A DNA stretch of 64,000 bases from Gemmatimonadota bacterium (GCA_965207805.1 OZ242312.1:684748-748747), one strand, 5' to 3'; shown: positions 1 through 9,656, numbered from the stretch's first letter. Notes: generated by a model from the letters alone, not told the origin. Numbers and translations: made by a program.

Positions 1-888
1 GGCGAGCGGGGCATCGCCTCCGAGGGAGAGATGGTCGCGGGAACGACGGAAGAGGAAGTCTATCGGGCGCTCGATCTCTCCTGGCTGCCGCCGGAGATGC
101 GGCGCGACCGGGGAGAGTTCGCGGCTTCCGACGCCGGGGAACTACCCCGCCTGGTCGAGACGTCCGATCTGCGCGGGGACGTCCACATGCACAGCACCTG
201 GTCCGATGGCCGCGTTTCCCTGGAGACGATGGTCGGGGAGTGCGCGGCGCGGGGCTACGAGTACATGGCGATCACCGACCATTCGAAGGCGCTCGCGATG
301 GTCGAGGGTCTCGATGCCGCCAAGCTTCGACGCCAGTGGGACGAGATCGTGGAGGTGCAGGCCGCGCATCCCGAGATCCGGATCCTGCGCGGGCTGGAAG
401 TCGACATCCTGCGGGACGGGTCGCTGGACCTCGAGGACGAGATGCTCGAACGACTCGACGTCGTGATCATCTCGGTTCATTCCTTCCTCGGGCTGGACCG
501 GGCGCGGCAGACGGCACGCGTGTTGAAGGCCCTCGCGCACCCCCGCTCGATGATCTTCGGACACCCGACGGGACGGCTCATCAACCGGCGCGGTCCGATC
601 GATGTGGACATCGACGATATTCTGCACGCCTGCGCCGAGTTCGGCGTCGCCGTCGAAGTCAACTCGCACCCCCACCGTCTGGACCTGAAGGACAGCCACC
701 TTTGGCGCGCGCGCGAACTCGGCGTATCCGTCGTGGTTGCGACCGACGCGCACCGGCCGGACCACCTGGATCTGGCGCACTACGGCATCGAGCAGGCGCG
801 GCGCGCGTGGCTGACCCCGGAACACGTCCTCAATACGCGCGGCGTGGACGACTTCCTGGCAGCCCTTCGGAGAAAACCGGCGAGTTGA
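1..888 (+). CDS. polX: DNA polymerase X family protein, C-terminal PHP (polymerase/histidinol-phosphatase) domain; 5'-truncated by the window start
   Basis: PHP metal-binding motifs (HMHSTWSDG, ITDHS, VSVVVATDAHRPDHL) and a stop at 886-888. The first in-frame ATG is at 31, but the frame is open to position 1, so the gene probably starts upstream of the window. Confidence 0.7.
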   Translation, partial: GERGIASEGEMVAGTTEEEVYRALDLSWLPPEMRRDRGEFAASDAGELPRLVETSDLRGDVHMHSTWSDGRVSLETMVGECAARGYEYMAITDHSKALAMVEGLDAAKLRRQWDEIVEVQAAHPEIRILRGLEVDILRDGSLDLEDEMLERLDVVIISVHSFLGLDRARQTARVLKALAHPRSMIFGHPTGRLINRRGPIDVDIDDILHACAEFGVAVEVNSHPHRLDLKDSHLWRARELGVSVVVATDAHRPDHLDLAHYGIEQARRAWLTPEHVLNTRGVDDFLAALRRKPAS

Positions 889-1033
889 TCCCCGGTTGAG
901 ACCCCGTCTCCATACTCCCGTCGACAAACAGCCCGTGGTAAAACCCCGCGTCAGCGCCGCTCGAACGCAGCGGGGTCTTGCCACGGGCTGCCAGGGCCGA
1001 CACGTGGACCCCAAGGCAGGGAGACTCGGACAC

Positions 1034-2023
1034 ATGGCGCGTGGATGCGGACTTCCACGGTTCTCGCGGGATCACTACATACCGCTCCGCCGACAACTCG
1101 CGGCCGATCTGGAGGCCGGGATTCGGGATGGACACGTCCGGCCCGGGGCCCCGCTTCCGTCGGCCAGGGACATGGCGCGCCGGCTCGGCGTCGACCGGGG
1201 GACAGTCGGAGCCGCGCTCGCGCGGCTGCGGCGGAGGAACCTCATCGAACGGGGGAAGGGGCAGCGTCTCCGCGTGTGGAAGCGCCCGCGCTCCCTCCGC
1301 CCTCCGCCGGCAGTGGAGATGGCGCCGAGGACCGCGGCGCTCGATCTGCTGAGGTGCGCGCACGCGGGAGGATTCTCACGTTGGCGGCTGCTCAACGAGT
1401 TCGAGCGGATCGTGGATGCGGCGCGGAGCCCGGATCCGCATCCCGTGACCCTGTTCGAACCTCGCGCCGGGTTGCGAGCCGTGCTCGCCGCGGAGCTGGA
1501 AGATGCTTGCGGATTCGTCGTTCACGCCGTCGACTCCGCGCGCCAGATGCCCAAAAACACTCCGGTGGTCCTCCGGCGTGAACTGCTCTCACGCATGCGC
1601 CGATCCGGCACCGTCGAGTGCGTTCCGATTTCACTCGCCGGTGGCACCCGCGAACGTGAACTCGTCCGACGCCGAATACGCCGCGGATACGTCGTGCTTC
1701 TCTCCCGAAGCGAGACCGTGCGCGTGTTCGCGGCGGAACTCGCCGCTCGGGATTCTGCCCTCGGAATCAACTTCAAGGCCCTCGACCCGTACCTCGACGC
1801 ACAGGCCGTACGGCGAGCCGTGACTGCGGCGACGATTGTTTTTTACGACCGACTCGTCCCGATGTCCCGGTATGCGAGCGGGACGGCTCCAGCCGTGCCG
1901 GTCACGCTCCTCCCGCCCGAGGAGGTCGAACGGCTCCGCGCCTATCTGTCCAGGACGGACCGGCCCGCGCACGGCCGCAGCGGATCCGTTTCATATAGCG
2001 CGCCACACCTGGGGCGGGCGTAG
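1034..2023 (+). CDS. GntR-like winged-HTH transcriptional regulator with a large C-terminal effector domain
   Basis: N-terminal HTH resembles GntR (LPSARDMARRLGVDRGTVGAALARLRRRNLIERGKGQRLRV). ATG at 1034 lies in-frame within ORF 896..2023. The start codon is uncertain. Confidence 0.55.
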   Translation: MARGCGLPRFSRDHYIPLRRQLAADLEAGIRDGHVRPGAPLPSARDMARRLGVDRGTVGAALARLRRRNLIERGKGQRLRVWKRPRSLRPPPAVEMAPRTAALDLLRCAHAGGFSRWRLLNEFERIVDAARSPDPHPVTLFEPRAGLRAVLAAELEDACGFVVHAVDSARQMPKNTPVVLRRELLSRMRRSGTVECVPISLAGGTRERELVRRRIRRGYVVLLSRSETVRVFAAELAARDSALGINFKALDPYLDAQAVRRAVTAATIVFYDRLVPMSRYASGTAPAVPVTLLPPEEVERLRAYLSRTDRPAHGRSGSVSYSAPHLGRA

Positions 2024-2183
2024 CCCATGCGCCCATTCGCACCTAGTTTGTGGCGGTTTCTGCTGTCGCCTCACCACGGAGTTGCAGGGATTATGAGGAA
2101 GACGTTCTATCCGTCCGACTATTCCGACAGTGGGCCGCACATTACGACCACTGTCTGCCGCGGTGTACCATTTATGTGGAAGT

Positions 2184-2442
2184 CGTGATCGTGTCTCCAG
2201 CCAAGTTCGACCCCGGCGTGATCGTGAGGGCGCTCCGCTTCCGAGCGAAACTCGATGGATTTCGGCTCGAGCGCGGCCACTACATGGATCGGTCCGACGA
2301 TCGTGCGGACCGCTGGTACGCCGTGCCGCTGGAAGACGGCGACGCCTTGCGCTCCGGAGACGGTTTCCGAACGATCGCGGAGGCTGCCGACGAAGCGGAG
2401 CGCCTCCGCAAGCTCCGCGAAGCCTCCACTCCTGACGACTAA
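2184..2442 (+). CDS. small hypothetical protein
   Basis: Open frame 2050..2442 with no recognisable motifs; a possible GTG start is at 2184. Coding status is doubtful. Confidence 0.2.
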
Positions 2443-2526
2443 CTCCATTGCGACGGCCGCGGCGTACCACCGCTTGAAGCGCCGACCCCCCTCAAGTATT
2501 ATCGACGGCCCGACTCATTGGGGCGT

Positions 2527-2599
2527 TGGCCCGTGGTGGAATTGGCAACACGTCTGGCTCTGGACCAGAAGATTCCAGGTTCGAGTCCTGGCGGGCCAA
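2527..2599 (+). tRNA. tRNA-Gln (anticodon CTG)
   Basis: Acceptor stem TGGCCCG/CGGGCCA, anticodon stem TCTGG/CCAGA with loop CTCTGGA (anticodon CTG), T-arm CCAGG-TTCGAGT-CCTGG, 73 nt. Cloverleaf folded by hand. Confidence 0.8.
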
Positions 2600-2619
2600 T
2601 CAGGACAGGAACATCCTGC

Positions 2620-2705
2620 GGAGGGGTGGCCGAGTGGCTTAAGGCGGCGCCCTGCTAAGGCGTTGACTCGAAAGAGTCTCGTGGGTTCGAATCCCACCCC
2701 CTCCG
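2620..2705 (+). tRNA. tRNA-Ser (anticodon GCT), type II with long variable arm
   Basis: Acceptor GGAGGGG/CCCCTCC, D-region GGCCGAGTGG, anticodon loop CTGCTAA (anticodon GCT), long variable arm, T-arm GTGGG-TTCGAAT-CCCAC, discriminator G; 86 nt. Confidence 0.8.
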
Positions 2706-2739
2706 CCTCCCTACCTCCGGCCTCACCCCGGAGGCTTCC

Positions 2740-2827
2740 GGACGGGTGGCCGAGCGGACTAAGGCGCACGCCTGGAGAGCGTGTGGGCAGCAACCCTGCC
2801 TCGTGGGTTCGAATCCCACCCCGTCCG
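2740..2827 (+). tRNA. tRNA-Ser (anticodon GGA), type II
   Basis: Acceptor GGACGGG/CCCGTCC, anticodon stem CACGC/GCGTG with loop CTGGAGA (anticodon GGA), variable arm GGGCAGCAACCCTGCC, T-arm GTGGG-TTCGAAT-CCCAC; 88 nt. Confidence 0.8.
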
Positions 2828-3180
2828 TTAAGCAGTTTCCCACGAGGCAGTACGCGAACGCCTGCCCGGTGCGGGTTCGAACCGAGCGACCGCAGGGAGC
2901 GAGCTCGGGGAGCGAAGCGACCCAATCCCACCCCGTCCGTTAAAGCAGTTTCCCACGAGGCAGTACGAGACGCCCGCCCGGTGTGGGTTCGAACCGAGCG
3001 AGCGAAGCGAGCGAGCTCGGCGAGCGCCGCGCAGCGGCGGGAAGCCAATCCCACCCCGTCCGTATAGCAGTTTCCCACGAGGCAGGATGAACCTGCCTGC
3101 CCGGCGTGGGTTCGAACCGAGCGACCGCAGGGAGCGAGCTCGGGGAGCCGCGCAGCGGCGACCCAATCCCACCCCGTCCC
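2828..3180 (+). repeat. Three tandem ~115-123 bp direct repeats, each beginning (T)TAAGCAGTTTCCCACGAGGCAG, containing GGGTTCGAACCGAGCGA...GAGCGAGCTCGG, and ending CAATCCCACCCCGTCC(G), a near-copy of the last ~17 nt of tRNA-Ser(GGA)
   Basis: Direct reading of the sequence: units at ~2828-2939, 2940-3062 and 3063-3180. Each terminal CAATCCCACCCCGTCCG matches the tRNA-Ser(GGA) 3' end CGAATCCCACCCCGTCCG. The first unit begins with CCCACGAGGCAG, the perfect reverse complement of CTGCCTCGTGGG inside the tRNA variable/T-arm. Minus-strand ORFs 2515..3282 and 2828..3310 merely translate these repeats. Confidence 0.7.
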
Positions 3181-3284
3181 GCCGCCCCGAAAGTTTGACA
3201 GCAGGAGCCCTCGCGGAGCACCTTCCCCGGCCGCGCATACCGGGCGCCTCGGCAGCTCCGCCCGCGTCCCGGTAGCCGGCACCC

Positions 3285-3366
3285 GGAGAGGTGGCAGAAC
3301 GGCAATGCACCGGTCTCGAAAACCGGCGCCCTCACGGGCTTGGGGGTTCGAATCCCCCCCTCTCCG
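3285..3366 (+). tRNA. tRNA-Ser (anticodon CGA), type II
   Basis: Acceptor GGAGAGG/CCTCTCC, anticodon stem CCGGT/ACCGG with loop CTCGAAA (anticodon CGA), variable arm GCGCCCTCACGGGC, T-arm GGGGG-TTCGAAT-CCCCC, discriminator G; 82 nt. Confidence 0.75.
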
Positions 3367-3421
3367 CTAACCTTCCCCGGCACGCACGGACACCGTACGC
3401 GCCGGGGAAGGAGAGAGAGGC

Positions 3422-3817
3422 CTACCCCACCTCCGCGTGCGCGCTCCAGCGGTCGAATACTTGTCCGCGAGCATCGAGCCGGACGGATATGCTCTCGCCC
3501 GCACTCAGATCCGTGGGAGTCGTCGGGCCCAATTCCGTGCCGTTCGACAGGTGGACCTCAACGCGTACACGGCGGATGACGCTGCTGGTCACGTTCTCGG
3601 CGGTGCCGGCGAACGCCTGTTCCGCCTCGTTCCATCGAAGGATGAGTCGCGCGCCGCCGCGCGTCTGGTCGAAGACATCGGCCTTCGTGAGCGAGACGTT
3701 CGATTCCTCACCTGACTCGTCGTGTCCCCGCTCCCCAGCTTCCATCGGGCTGTTGTCGCAAGCGGCGCCTGCGGTGATGACCAGCAGGGCGGTCACCATC
3801 ATCGGAAATCGTTTCAC
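3422..3817 (-). CDS. small hypothetical lipoprotein
   Basis: N-terminus MKRFPMMVTALLVITAGAAC has a signal peptide plus a lipobox-like AGAAC. The body is hydrophilic and codon composition looks less GC-skewed than neighbouring artefact ORFs. No family recognised. Confidence 0.4.
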   Translation of the reverse strand: MKRFPMMVTALLVITAGAACDNSPMEAGERGHDESGEESNVSLTKADVFDQTRGGARLILRWNEAEQAFAGTAENVTSSVIRRVRVEVHLSNGTELGPTTPTDLSAGESISVRLDARGQVFDRWSAHAEVG

Positions 3818-3965
3818 TTCGTCCTCCCTGGTTGGGTGTGTGAATCGGATGACTACACCGGTAGACCGTCCGACGCGTGGAAATGGTCACACACCCTGCC
3901 CGGCGACCCGCCGCCAACCGTGACGTGGAGCCTCCAGGCCGCAGGCGCCTGCGCCGCGGCACCCG

Positions 3966-4658
3966 CTACGAAGGCTGATACGGGGCCGGATCCCGGGCTC
4001 CCGCCGCAGCGAACCCGGCGAGCCTCAGGCGGCAGGAGTCACACTCTCCACAGGCCGCGCCCGAGTCATCCGGATCGTAGCAACTGCGCGTCATCCCGTA
4101 ATCGACGCCCAGCGCGAGCCCGCGCCGGATGATATCCGCCTTGGTCAGATCGATGAGCGGAGCATGGATCCGGAACGGCCGACCCCCTTCCACTCCGGCC
4201 CTGGTGCCGAGGCCGGCCAGCTTCTCGAACGCAACGAGAAACTCGGGTCGACAGTCGGGATATCCGCTGTAGTCGACTGCATTGACGCCGATGAAGATGT
4301 CGCAAGCCTGGAGAACCTCCGCCCACGCGAGCGCCATCGACAGGAAGATCGTGTTCCGCGCCGGGACGTAGGTGACGGGAATGTCCTCGGAGTCGGTGAC
4401 GATCCGCCCGCCCTTGGGGACTGCCAGGTCCCCGGTGAGAGCCGAACCCCCGAAGGCACGCAGATCGACGGCGGTGATCACATGTCGGACCACCGGCATC
4501 GATTCCGCCAGGAGACAGGCGGCGTCCACCTCGAGTTCGTGTCTCTGTCCATAGCGGAGCGTTAGCGCATGGGGCTCATATCCCTGATCCACCGCGATCG
4601 CCAGCGTGGTTGCCGAGTCGAGTCCACCACTGAGCAGGACCACCGCTCTGCGGCCCAT
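3966..4658 (-). CDS. queC: 7-cyano-7-deazaguanine synthase QueC
   Basis: PP-loop SGGLDS at the N-terminus and a C-terminal zinc-binding Cys cluster (CGECDSC), 230 aa; typical QueC architecture and length. Confidence 0.9.
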   Translation of the reverse strand: MGRRAVVLLSGGLDSATTLAIAVDQGYEPHALTLRYGQRHELEVDAACLLAESMPVVRHVITAVDLRAFGGSALTGDLAVPKGGRIVTDSEDIPVTYVPARNTIFLSMALAWAEVLQACDIFIGVNAVDYSGYPDCRPEFLVAFEKLAGLGTRAGVEGGRPFRIHAPLIDLTKADIIRRGLALGVDYGMTRSCYDPDDSGAACGECDSCRLRLAGFAAAGARDPAPYQPS

Positions 4659-5031
4659 CCACTACCTCCAGAAAGCGAGTTCACGACCCCGGAGCCCCGC
4701 CGGGAGGCCACTTGTAACACGGTTGCGCACCGCGCGGCAATGCATGATAAAGTGAAGCCGGAAGCGGATGTGGAACCTCGATGCCCTGCGGAGTCGAGCG
4801 GGGATACCCGGAAGGAGAACCGATGCGGATCCGGTCACCCGGCCGGGGCGATACGTGCTCCGAACGGTACTCGACGCCCGGGCGGTCGGTTTGGACGTGA
4901 TCGTACTGGACGACACGGTGAGAGCCGTGGACGTCGAGTCCGGCGATGGGGCTCGCCCCGTCGGCCGCATGCGCGCGGCAGGGGCGATGTTCGCTTCCGC
5001 GCGAACGGCCCTGGCCCAAGAGTAGCGGATC

Positions 5032-6435
5032 ATGGTGGCAGATGGCGTCACCGGAACGCCGAGCCGGGAGCGGGGCGCCCTGCTCACGGACCTCTATCAA
5101 CTCACCATGCTCAAGGGGTACTGGGAATACGGCATGCACGAGACCGCCGTGTTCGAGTTCTTCGTCCGCCGCCTCCCCCGGAATCGCAATTTCCTGTTGG
5201 CCGCGGGCCTGGCTCACGTGCTCGACCATTTGGAAGGCCTGCGATTCGAGTCCGACGAACTCGAGTGGCTCGGCGATCAGCCCGGCTTCCCCCCCGCCTT
5301 CGTCGATTGGCTCGCCGATCTCCGCTTCACGGGGGATGTGGACGCCATGCCCGAGGGTACCGTCTTCTTCCCCGGAGAACCTCTGCTGCGCGTTACCGCG
5401 CCGCTCCCGCAGGCGCAACTCGTCGAGACACGGCTCATCTCGCTGCTCAACTACTCCTCCCTCATCGCCTCGAAAGCGGTCCGCTTCACGCTCGCAGCCC
5501 CGACAGCCCGGCTCGTGGACTTCGGTCTGCGGCGGGCACACGGCTCGGAAGCGGGGCTTCTCGCCGCCCGCGCCGCCTTCATCGCCGGCTTCGACGGCAC
5601 CGCGACCGTACTGGCCGGACAGCGCTGGGGGATCCCGACCTTCGGCACCATGGCCCATTCGTTCATCCAGGCGCACGACAGCGAGGCCGACGCCTTCATT
5701 CGCTTCGCCCGCGCCCATCCCGAGAACGCCGTGTTGCTCGTCGACACCTACGACACCGAGGCGGGGGCGTCGAAGGTCGTCGAGATCGCTCGCGACCTCC
5801 GTGCCGAAGGCATCGAGATCAGCGGCGTGCGGCTGGACTCCGGAGATCTCGCGGACCACGCCCGGCGCGTGCGCCGGATTCTGGATGAAGGGCGCTGCCC
5901 CGGCGTCCGCATCTTCGCGAGCAGCTCGCTCGACGAGCACGGCGTGGCCCGCCTGGCCCACGCCCCGATCGACGGCTTCGGCGTGGGGTCCGCCCTCACC
6001 GTGTCGGCGGACGAGCCGACGCTCGACAGCGTCTACAAGCTCCAGGAGTACGCCGGCCGGCCGCGCCGCAAGCGCTCCGAGGGGAAGGCCACGTGGCCCG
6101 GCCGCAAGCAGGTCTTTCGCACCTGCGAACGCGGCCGGCTCGCGCGCGATGTTGTGGGGCTCGAGGACGAAGCGTTGTCCGGCGAAGCGATGCTCCTGCC
6201 CGTGGCGCGCGCGGGAGCACGGCTTCGGCCGGATCCCTCGCTGGAAGAGATCCGTGACCGTGTCCGAACCGCGCTGGAAACGCTCCCGGAGGAACTGCGG
6301 GCGCTCGAATCGGCGCGCACGCCGTTCCCGGTGGAACCATCGCACGGCGTGCGCGAACTGGCCCGGGAAGTCGACCGCCGGTCTTCGGCAGGCGGCAACG
6401 GGGAGGGCTTCGCGGTGCCCGACGGATGCCGCTAG
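5032..6435 (+). CDS. pncB: nicotinate phosphoribosyltransferase
   Basis: Conserved N-terminus LLTDLYQLTMLKGYW and further motifs (FGLRRAHG, GTMAHSF), 467 aa. The large overlapping ORFs 4681..6345(-) and the 5' part of 4946..7810(+) are artefacts. Confidence 0.9.
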   Translation: MVADGVTGTPSRERGALLTDLYQLTMLKGYWEYGMHETAVFEFFVRRLPRNRNFLLAAGLAHVLDHLEGLRFESDELEWLGDQPGFPPAFVDWLADLRFTGDVDAMPEGTVFFPGEPLLRVTAPLPQAQLVETRLISLLNYSSLIASKAVRFTLAAPTARLVDFGLRRAHGSEAGLLAARAAFIAGFDGTATVLAGQRWGIPTFGTMAHSFIQAHDSEADAFIRFARAHPENAVLLVDTYDTEAGASKVVEIARDLRAEGIEISGVRLDSGDLADHARRVRRILDEGRCPGVRIFASSSLDEHGVARLAHAPIDGFGVGSALTVSADEPTLDSVYKLQEYAGRPRRKRSEGKATWPGRKQVFRTCERGRLARDVVGLEDEALSGEAMLLPVARAGARLRPDPSLEEIRDRVRTALETLPEELRALESARTPFPVEPSHGVRELAREVDRRSSAGGNGEGFAVPDGCR

Positions 6436-6466
6436 GTTTTGCCATGATCGTGTTCGAGGAGGTCAT

Positions 6467-7810
6467 ATGAGGCTCGTCAAGCTGTCCCTGGGGTTCGCCC
6501 TCGCCGTGTGCGCCACGGCTCCTTCCGCCGCCGCCGGCGAGCAGGCGGCGCAGGCCGACGTCACCGCCTTCGTCGACGTGAACGTGATTCCGATGGATTC
6601 CGACCGGATCCTCGCCGGACACACCGTCGTCGTGCGCGGCGACCGGATCGTCGCCGTGGGGCCGGCCGCCGATGTCGACGTGCCGGCCGGCGCCCGCCGC
6701 ATCGACGGCTCCGGGAAGTACCTGATGCCGGGGTTGTCGGAGATGCACGGGCACACGCCGGGCGGCTTCCCGACCGACACGTTCCGCGAGCAGGTGATGT
6801 TCCTCTACGCCGCGAACGGCGTGACGACGGTGCGCGGGATGCTCGGCCTGCCGGGCGACCTCGAGTTGAAGGCGAGGACGAACACCGGCGAGATCTGGGG
6901 GCCGACGCTCTACCTCGCGGGCCCGAGCTTCAACGGCAACTCGGTCACGTCGCCTTCGCAGGCGGCGGATCGCGTGTGGGTGCAGAAGGGGGAAGGGTGG
7001 GATCACCTGAAGATCCACCCCGGGCTCACCGTGCCGGAATACGACGCGCTCGCCGCGGCCGCCGCGCAGGCCGGCATCCGCTTCGGAGGCCACGTCCCGG
7101 CCGACGTCGGGATCCGGCACGCCATCCTCATGGGACAGGAGACTTTCGACCACCTCGACGGCTACATGGAGGAGGCGGGAGGCATCCGCGGCCCCATGGA
7201 CGCGGCGGAGATGGAGGAACTGTTCGCGCTGACGATCGGCGCCCGGGCCTGGGTCGTGCCCACCATGGTCCTCTGGGAAGTGGGCGTCATCGGCCTCGGC
7301 GACCCCGACGCGCTCGCCGCCTATCCGGAGATGCGCTACTGGCCCCCGGAGGGCGTCCAGGGCTGGAAGGACCGGCTCCAGGCGGTCCAGGCGCGCGACG
7401 CATGGGACGTGGAACAGGCTCGGCGGCACGCGAGCAACCGAACGGTGCTTCTAGGCATGATGAACGAGGCCGGCGTGGGTATCCTCATGGGCACCGATTC
7501 GCCGCAGATGTTCAGCGTCCCCGGCTTCTCCCTCCACCGCGAACTCGCGGCGATGGCCGACGCAGGGATGTCGCCGTACGAGATCCTCGTCAGCGGCACC
7601 CGGAACGTCGGCGACTACTTCCAGGCCTACGACACCTTCGGAACGGTGGCCGCGGGCCGACGCGCCGATCTCATCCTCACCAACTCCAACCCCCTCGAGG
7701 ACGTGGCGAACGTGGCGGACCGCGCCGGCGTCATGGTGCGCGGCGTATGGAAGTCCGAGGAAGAGATCCAGCAGGGCCTGGCCGAAATCGCCACCAGCTT
7801 CGGCAACTGA
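6467..7810 (+). CDS. secreted metal-dependent amidohydrolase (COG1228-like)
   Basis: ATG at 6467 with upstream GAGGAGG. Signal peptide MRLVKLSLGFALAVCATAPSAAAG. Amidohydrolase motifs HGHTPGG, HLKIHPG and MGTDSP. Confidence 0.75.
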   Translation: MRLVKLSLGFALAVCATAPSAAAGEQAAQADVTAFVDVNVIPMDSDRILAGHTVVVRGDRIVAVGPAADVDVPAGARRIDGSGKYLMPGLSEMHGHTPGGFPTDTFREQVMFLYAANGVTTVRGMLGLPGDLELKARTNTGEIWGPTLYLAGPSFNGNSVTSPSQAADRVWVQKGEGWDHLKIHPGLTVPEYDALAAAAAQAGIRFGGHVPADVGIRHAILMGQETFDHLDGYMEEAGGIRGPMDAAEMEELFALTIGARAWVVPTMVLWEVGVIGLGDPDALAAYPEMRYWPPEGVQGWKDRLQAVQARDAWDVEQARRHASNRTVLLGMMNEAGVGILMGTDSPQMFSVPGFSLHRELAAMADAGMSPYEILVSGTRNVGDYFQAYDTFGTVAAGRRADLILTNSNPLEDVANVADRAGVMVRGVWKSEEEIQQGLAEIATSFGN

Positions 7811-7830
7811 CGGGCCGGGCCTGACGGATC

Positions 7831-8268
7831 TCAGGCATCGGCCTGAGCGAGACAGTCCGGGCAGTGGCCGAGGAGGTGCACCATCGCGTTGCGGATGGAC
7901 TCGGCCCACGGTCCATCGATCGACAACGCCGCGGCGATCTCCTCCTTCAGACAGGCGACTCGGCCGCAGTCCTCGCACAGGAAGTGCGGGTGGCGATGGG
8001 CGTCTTCGTGGTCTCCCGCGAGCGCGTATCGATCGATGCCGTCCACCCGGCTCACCACGGGAGCGAGGCCGGCCTCACGCAGCTTGACGAGGTTGCGGTA
8101 GATCGTCGCCTGATCCCAGTCCGAGTCGCCGAGCAGGTCGAGCACCTGCGTGAAGGACACCGGACCCTTGGCGTCGGTCAGGATGCGGAGCACCGCAACG
8201 CGCGGCGCGGTTACGCGCAGACCGCGCTCGCGCAGCCTCCGACGGGCGTCGTTCTTCGTGATTCGCAT
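7831..8268 (-). CDS. zur: Fur-family transcriptional regulator, probably the zinc uptake regulator Zur
   Basis: Fur fold motifs HPHFLCEDCGRV and C-terminal HCPDC; 145 aa. Divergently adjacent to a COG0523 GTPase, the classic Zur-regulon arrangement. Confidence 0.8.
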   Translation of the reverse strand: MRITKNDARRRLRERGLRVTAPRVAVLRILTDAKGPVSFTQVLDLLGDSDWDQATIYRNLVKLREAGLAPVVSRVDGIDRYALAGDHEDAHRHPHFLCEDCGRVACLKEEIAAALSIDGPWAESIRNAMVHLLGHCPDCLAQADA

Positions 8269-8313
8269 GAGCCTTCTCCCGCGCGGCGGAACTGACGTCC
8301 GGAGACGCTAGAG

Positions 8314-8342
8314 ACAAGCACTTGCACATGCAAGTCACTTGT
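8314..8342. promoter_or_regulatory. imperfect 29-bp palindrome ACAAGCACTTGCACATGCAAGTCACTTGT in the zur/COG0523 divergent promoter; candidate Zur/Fur-family operator
   Basis: Seen directly in the 8269-8411 intergenic region, with roughly 23/29 positions self-complementary about a central CACATG. The assignment rests on position only. Confidence 0.3.
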
Positions 8343-8411
8343 GTATTTTCTGCGCTCGCAAGCCGCTTGCAGGAGCACTCCGCAGTGAGAAGTGCCGAAA
8401 AGGGAAGTTCG

Positions 8412-9656
8412 ATGAGCAGCGATCCAGGCACCGTTACCCGTGACGAGCGTCTCCCCGTCACGGTGTTGTCCGGCTTCCTCGGAGCCGGGAAGACCACCCT
8501 CCTCAACGAAGTTCTGAACAATCGGGAAGGACGCCGAGTCGCGGTCATCGTGAACGACATGAGCGAGGTCAACATCGACGCGGCCCTCGTGGAGCGCGGG
8601 GGCGCCCAGCTCTCGCGGACCGAAGAGACGCTCGTCGAGATGACGAACGGCTGCATCTGCTGCACGCTGCGGGAGGACCTGCTCGCCGAGGTCTCCCGGT
8701 TGGCCCGGGAGGGGCGTTTCGACTATCTGCTGATCGAGTCCACGGGGATTTCGGAGCCCATCCCGGTCGCCCAGACCTTCACCTTCGAGGACGAGGACGG
8801 TGTGAGCCTCGGCGATATCTCGCGCCTCGACACGATGGTCACCGTCGTGGACGCCGCGAGTTTCCTGAAGGACTACGACGCCGCCGAAGACCTCCAGGAC
8901 CGCGGTGAGTCGCTGGGCGAAGAGGACGAACGGACAGTCACCGACCTGCTGATCGATCAGGTCGAGTTCGCCGACATCATCGTGCTCAACAAGCTCGATC
9001 TCGTCACCGAGGACCATGCGTGTGAGGTCGAGGCCATTCTGCGCGCGCTCAACCCCGGCGCGGAGGTCTACCGGGCGACCCGGGGGCAGGTGCCCCTTGA
9101 GCGCGTGCTCGACACGGGCTTGTTCGACTACGACACCGCGGAAGGCTCCGCCGGCTGGATCCGCGAGCTCGAGGGAGGCCACACGCCCGAGACGGAGGAG
9201 TACGGGATCTCGACCTTCACCTATCGGACTTCGGCCCCGTTCGACGCGGAGAAGCTGTGGGCGTTCCTGAACGACGACGAGAACTGGCGCGGCGTGCTCC
9301 GGTCGAAGGGCTTCTTCTGGGTCGCCGCCGATCACAAGGTCGTATACGAGTGGGCGCAGGCCGGGGGTGTGAGCACCGTCGACCCCATGGGCATGTGGTG
9401 GGCCGCGACACCGAGGGAGTACTGGGACCACCCGGACGGCGAACGGCCGGACCAGCAGCCGAGTTGGCACCCTCGGTACGGGGATCGTCACCAGGCACTC
9501 GTCTTCATCGGTCAGCGGATGGATGAGGCCGCAGTACGCGCGCGACTCGACGCATGCCTGCTCGACGAAGCCCTTGCCGCCGCCGATAGCAGCACCTGGA
9601 CGGGACGTCACAACCCCTTCCCCGAGCTTCAGATGGTCGAGGGGGTGGTCGGATGA
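8412..9656 (+). CDS. COG0523 / CobW-family GTPase, putative zinc metallochaperone (ZigA/YeiR-like)
   Basis: Walker [13 protein letters not shown], metal-binding CICCTLR motif and a CobW C-terminal domain. ATG at 8412 is preceded by AAAGGGAAG. Confidence 0.85.
   Translation: MSSDPGTVTRDERLPVTVLSGFLGAGKTTLLNEVLNNREGRRVAVIVNDMSEVNIDAALVERGGAQLSRTEETLVEMTNGCICCTLREDLLAEVSRLAREGRFDYLLIESTGISEPIPVAQTFTFEDEDGVSLGDISRLDTMVTVVDAASFLKDYDAAEDLQDRGESLGEEDERTVTDLLIDQVEFADIIVLNKLDLVTEDHACEVEAILRALNPGAEVYRATRGQVPLERVLDTGLFDYDTAEGSAGWIRELEGGHTPETEEYGISTFTYRTSAPFDAEKLWAFLNDDENWRGVLRSKGFFWVAADHKVVYEWAQAGGVSTVDPMGMWWAATPREYWDHPDGERPDQQPSWHPRYGDRHQALVFIGQRMDEAAVRARLDACLLDEALAAADSSTWTGRHNPFPELQMVEGVVG

Noticed and set aside
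2828-3180. Possibility that the three tandem repeats are a CRISPR array
   Set aside because: Only three units, each ~120 bp with a variable internal segment rather than short identical repeats separated by unique spacers. They terminate in tRNA 3'-end sequence, and no cas genes are present.
2515-3310. Minus-strand ORFs 2515..3282 and 2828..3310 with internally repeated peptides (FARSVRTHTGRASRTASWETA..., ARSLRSLGSNP...)
   Set aside because: They span three tRNA genes and simply translate the tandem tRNA-end repeats, so they are not genes.
4659-5031. preQ1 riboswitch upstream of queC (5' UTR on the minus strand)
   Set aside because: The reverse-complemented leader shows no match to the preQ1-I/II consensus hairpin-plus-A-tract core. 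The small plus-strand ORF 4768..5025 in this region also lacks support.
4681-6345. 554-aa minus-strand ORF antisense to pncB, and the N-terminal ~500 codons of the 954-aa plus-strand ORF 4946..7810
   Set aside because: No recognisable motifs and Arg/Gly/Pro-rich composition typical of out-of-frame translation in high-GC DNA. They fully overlap pncB, which has unambiguous family motifs. Only the 6467..7810 portion of the long ORF (the amidohydrolase with its own RBS and signal peptide) was kept.
8075-9611. Minus-strand ORFs 8075..8665 and 8211..9611 overlapping the COG0523 gene
   Set aside because: Antisense artefacts. The plus-strand frame carries canonical Walker A and CxCC motifs.
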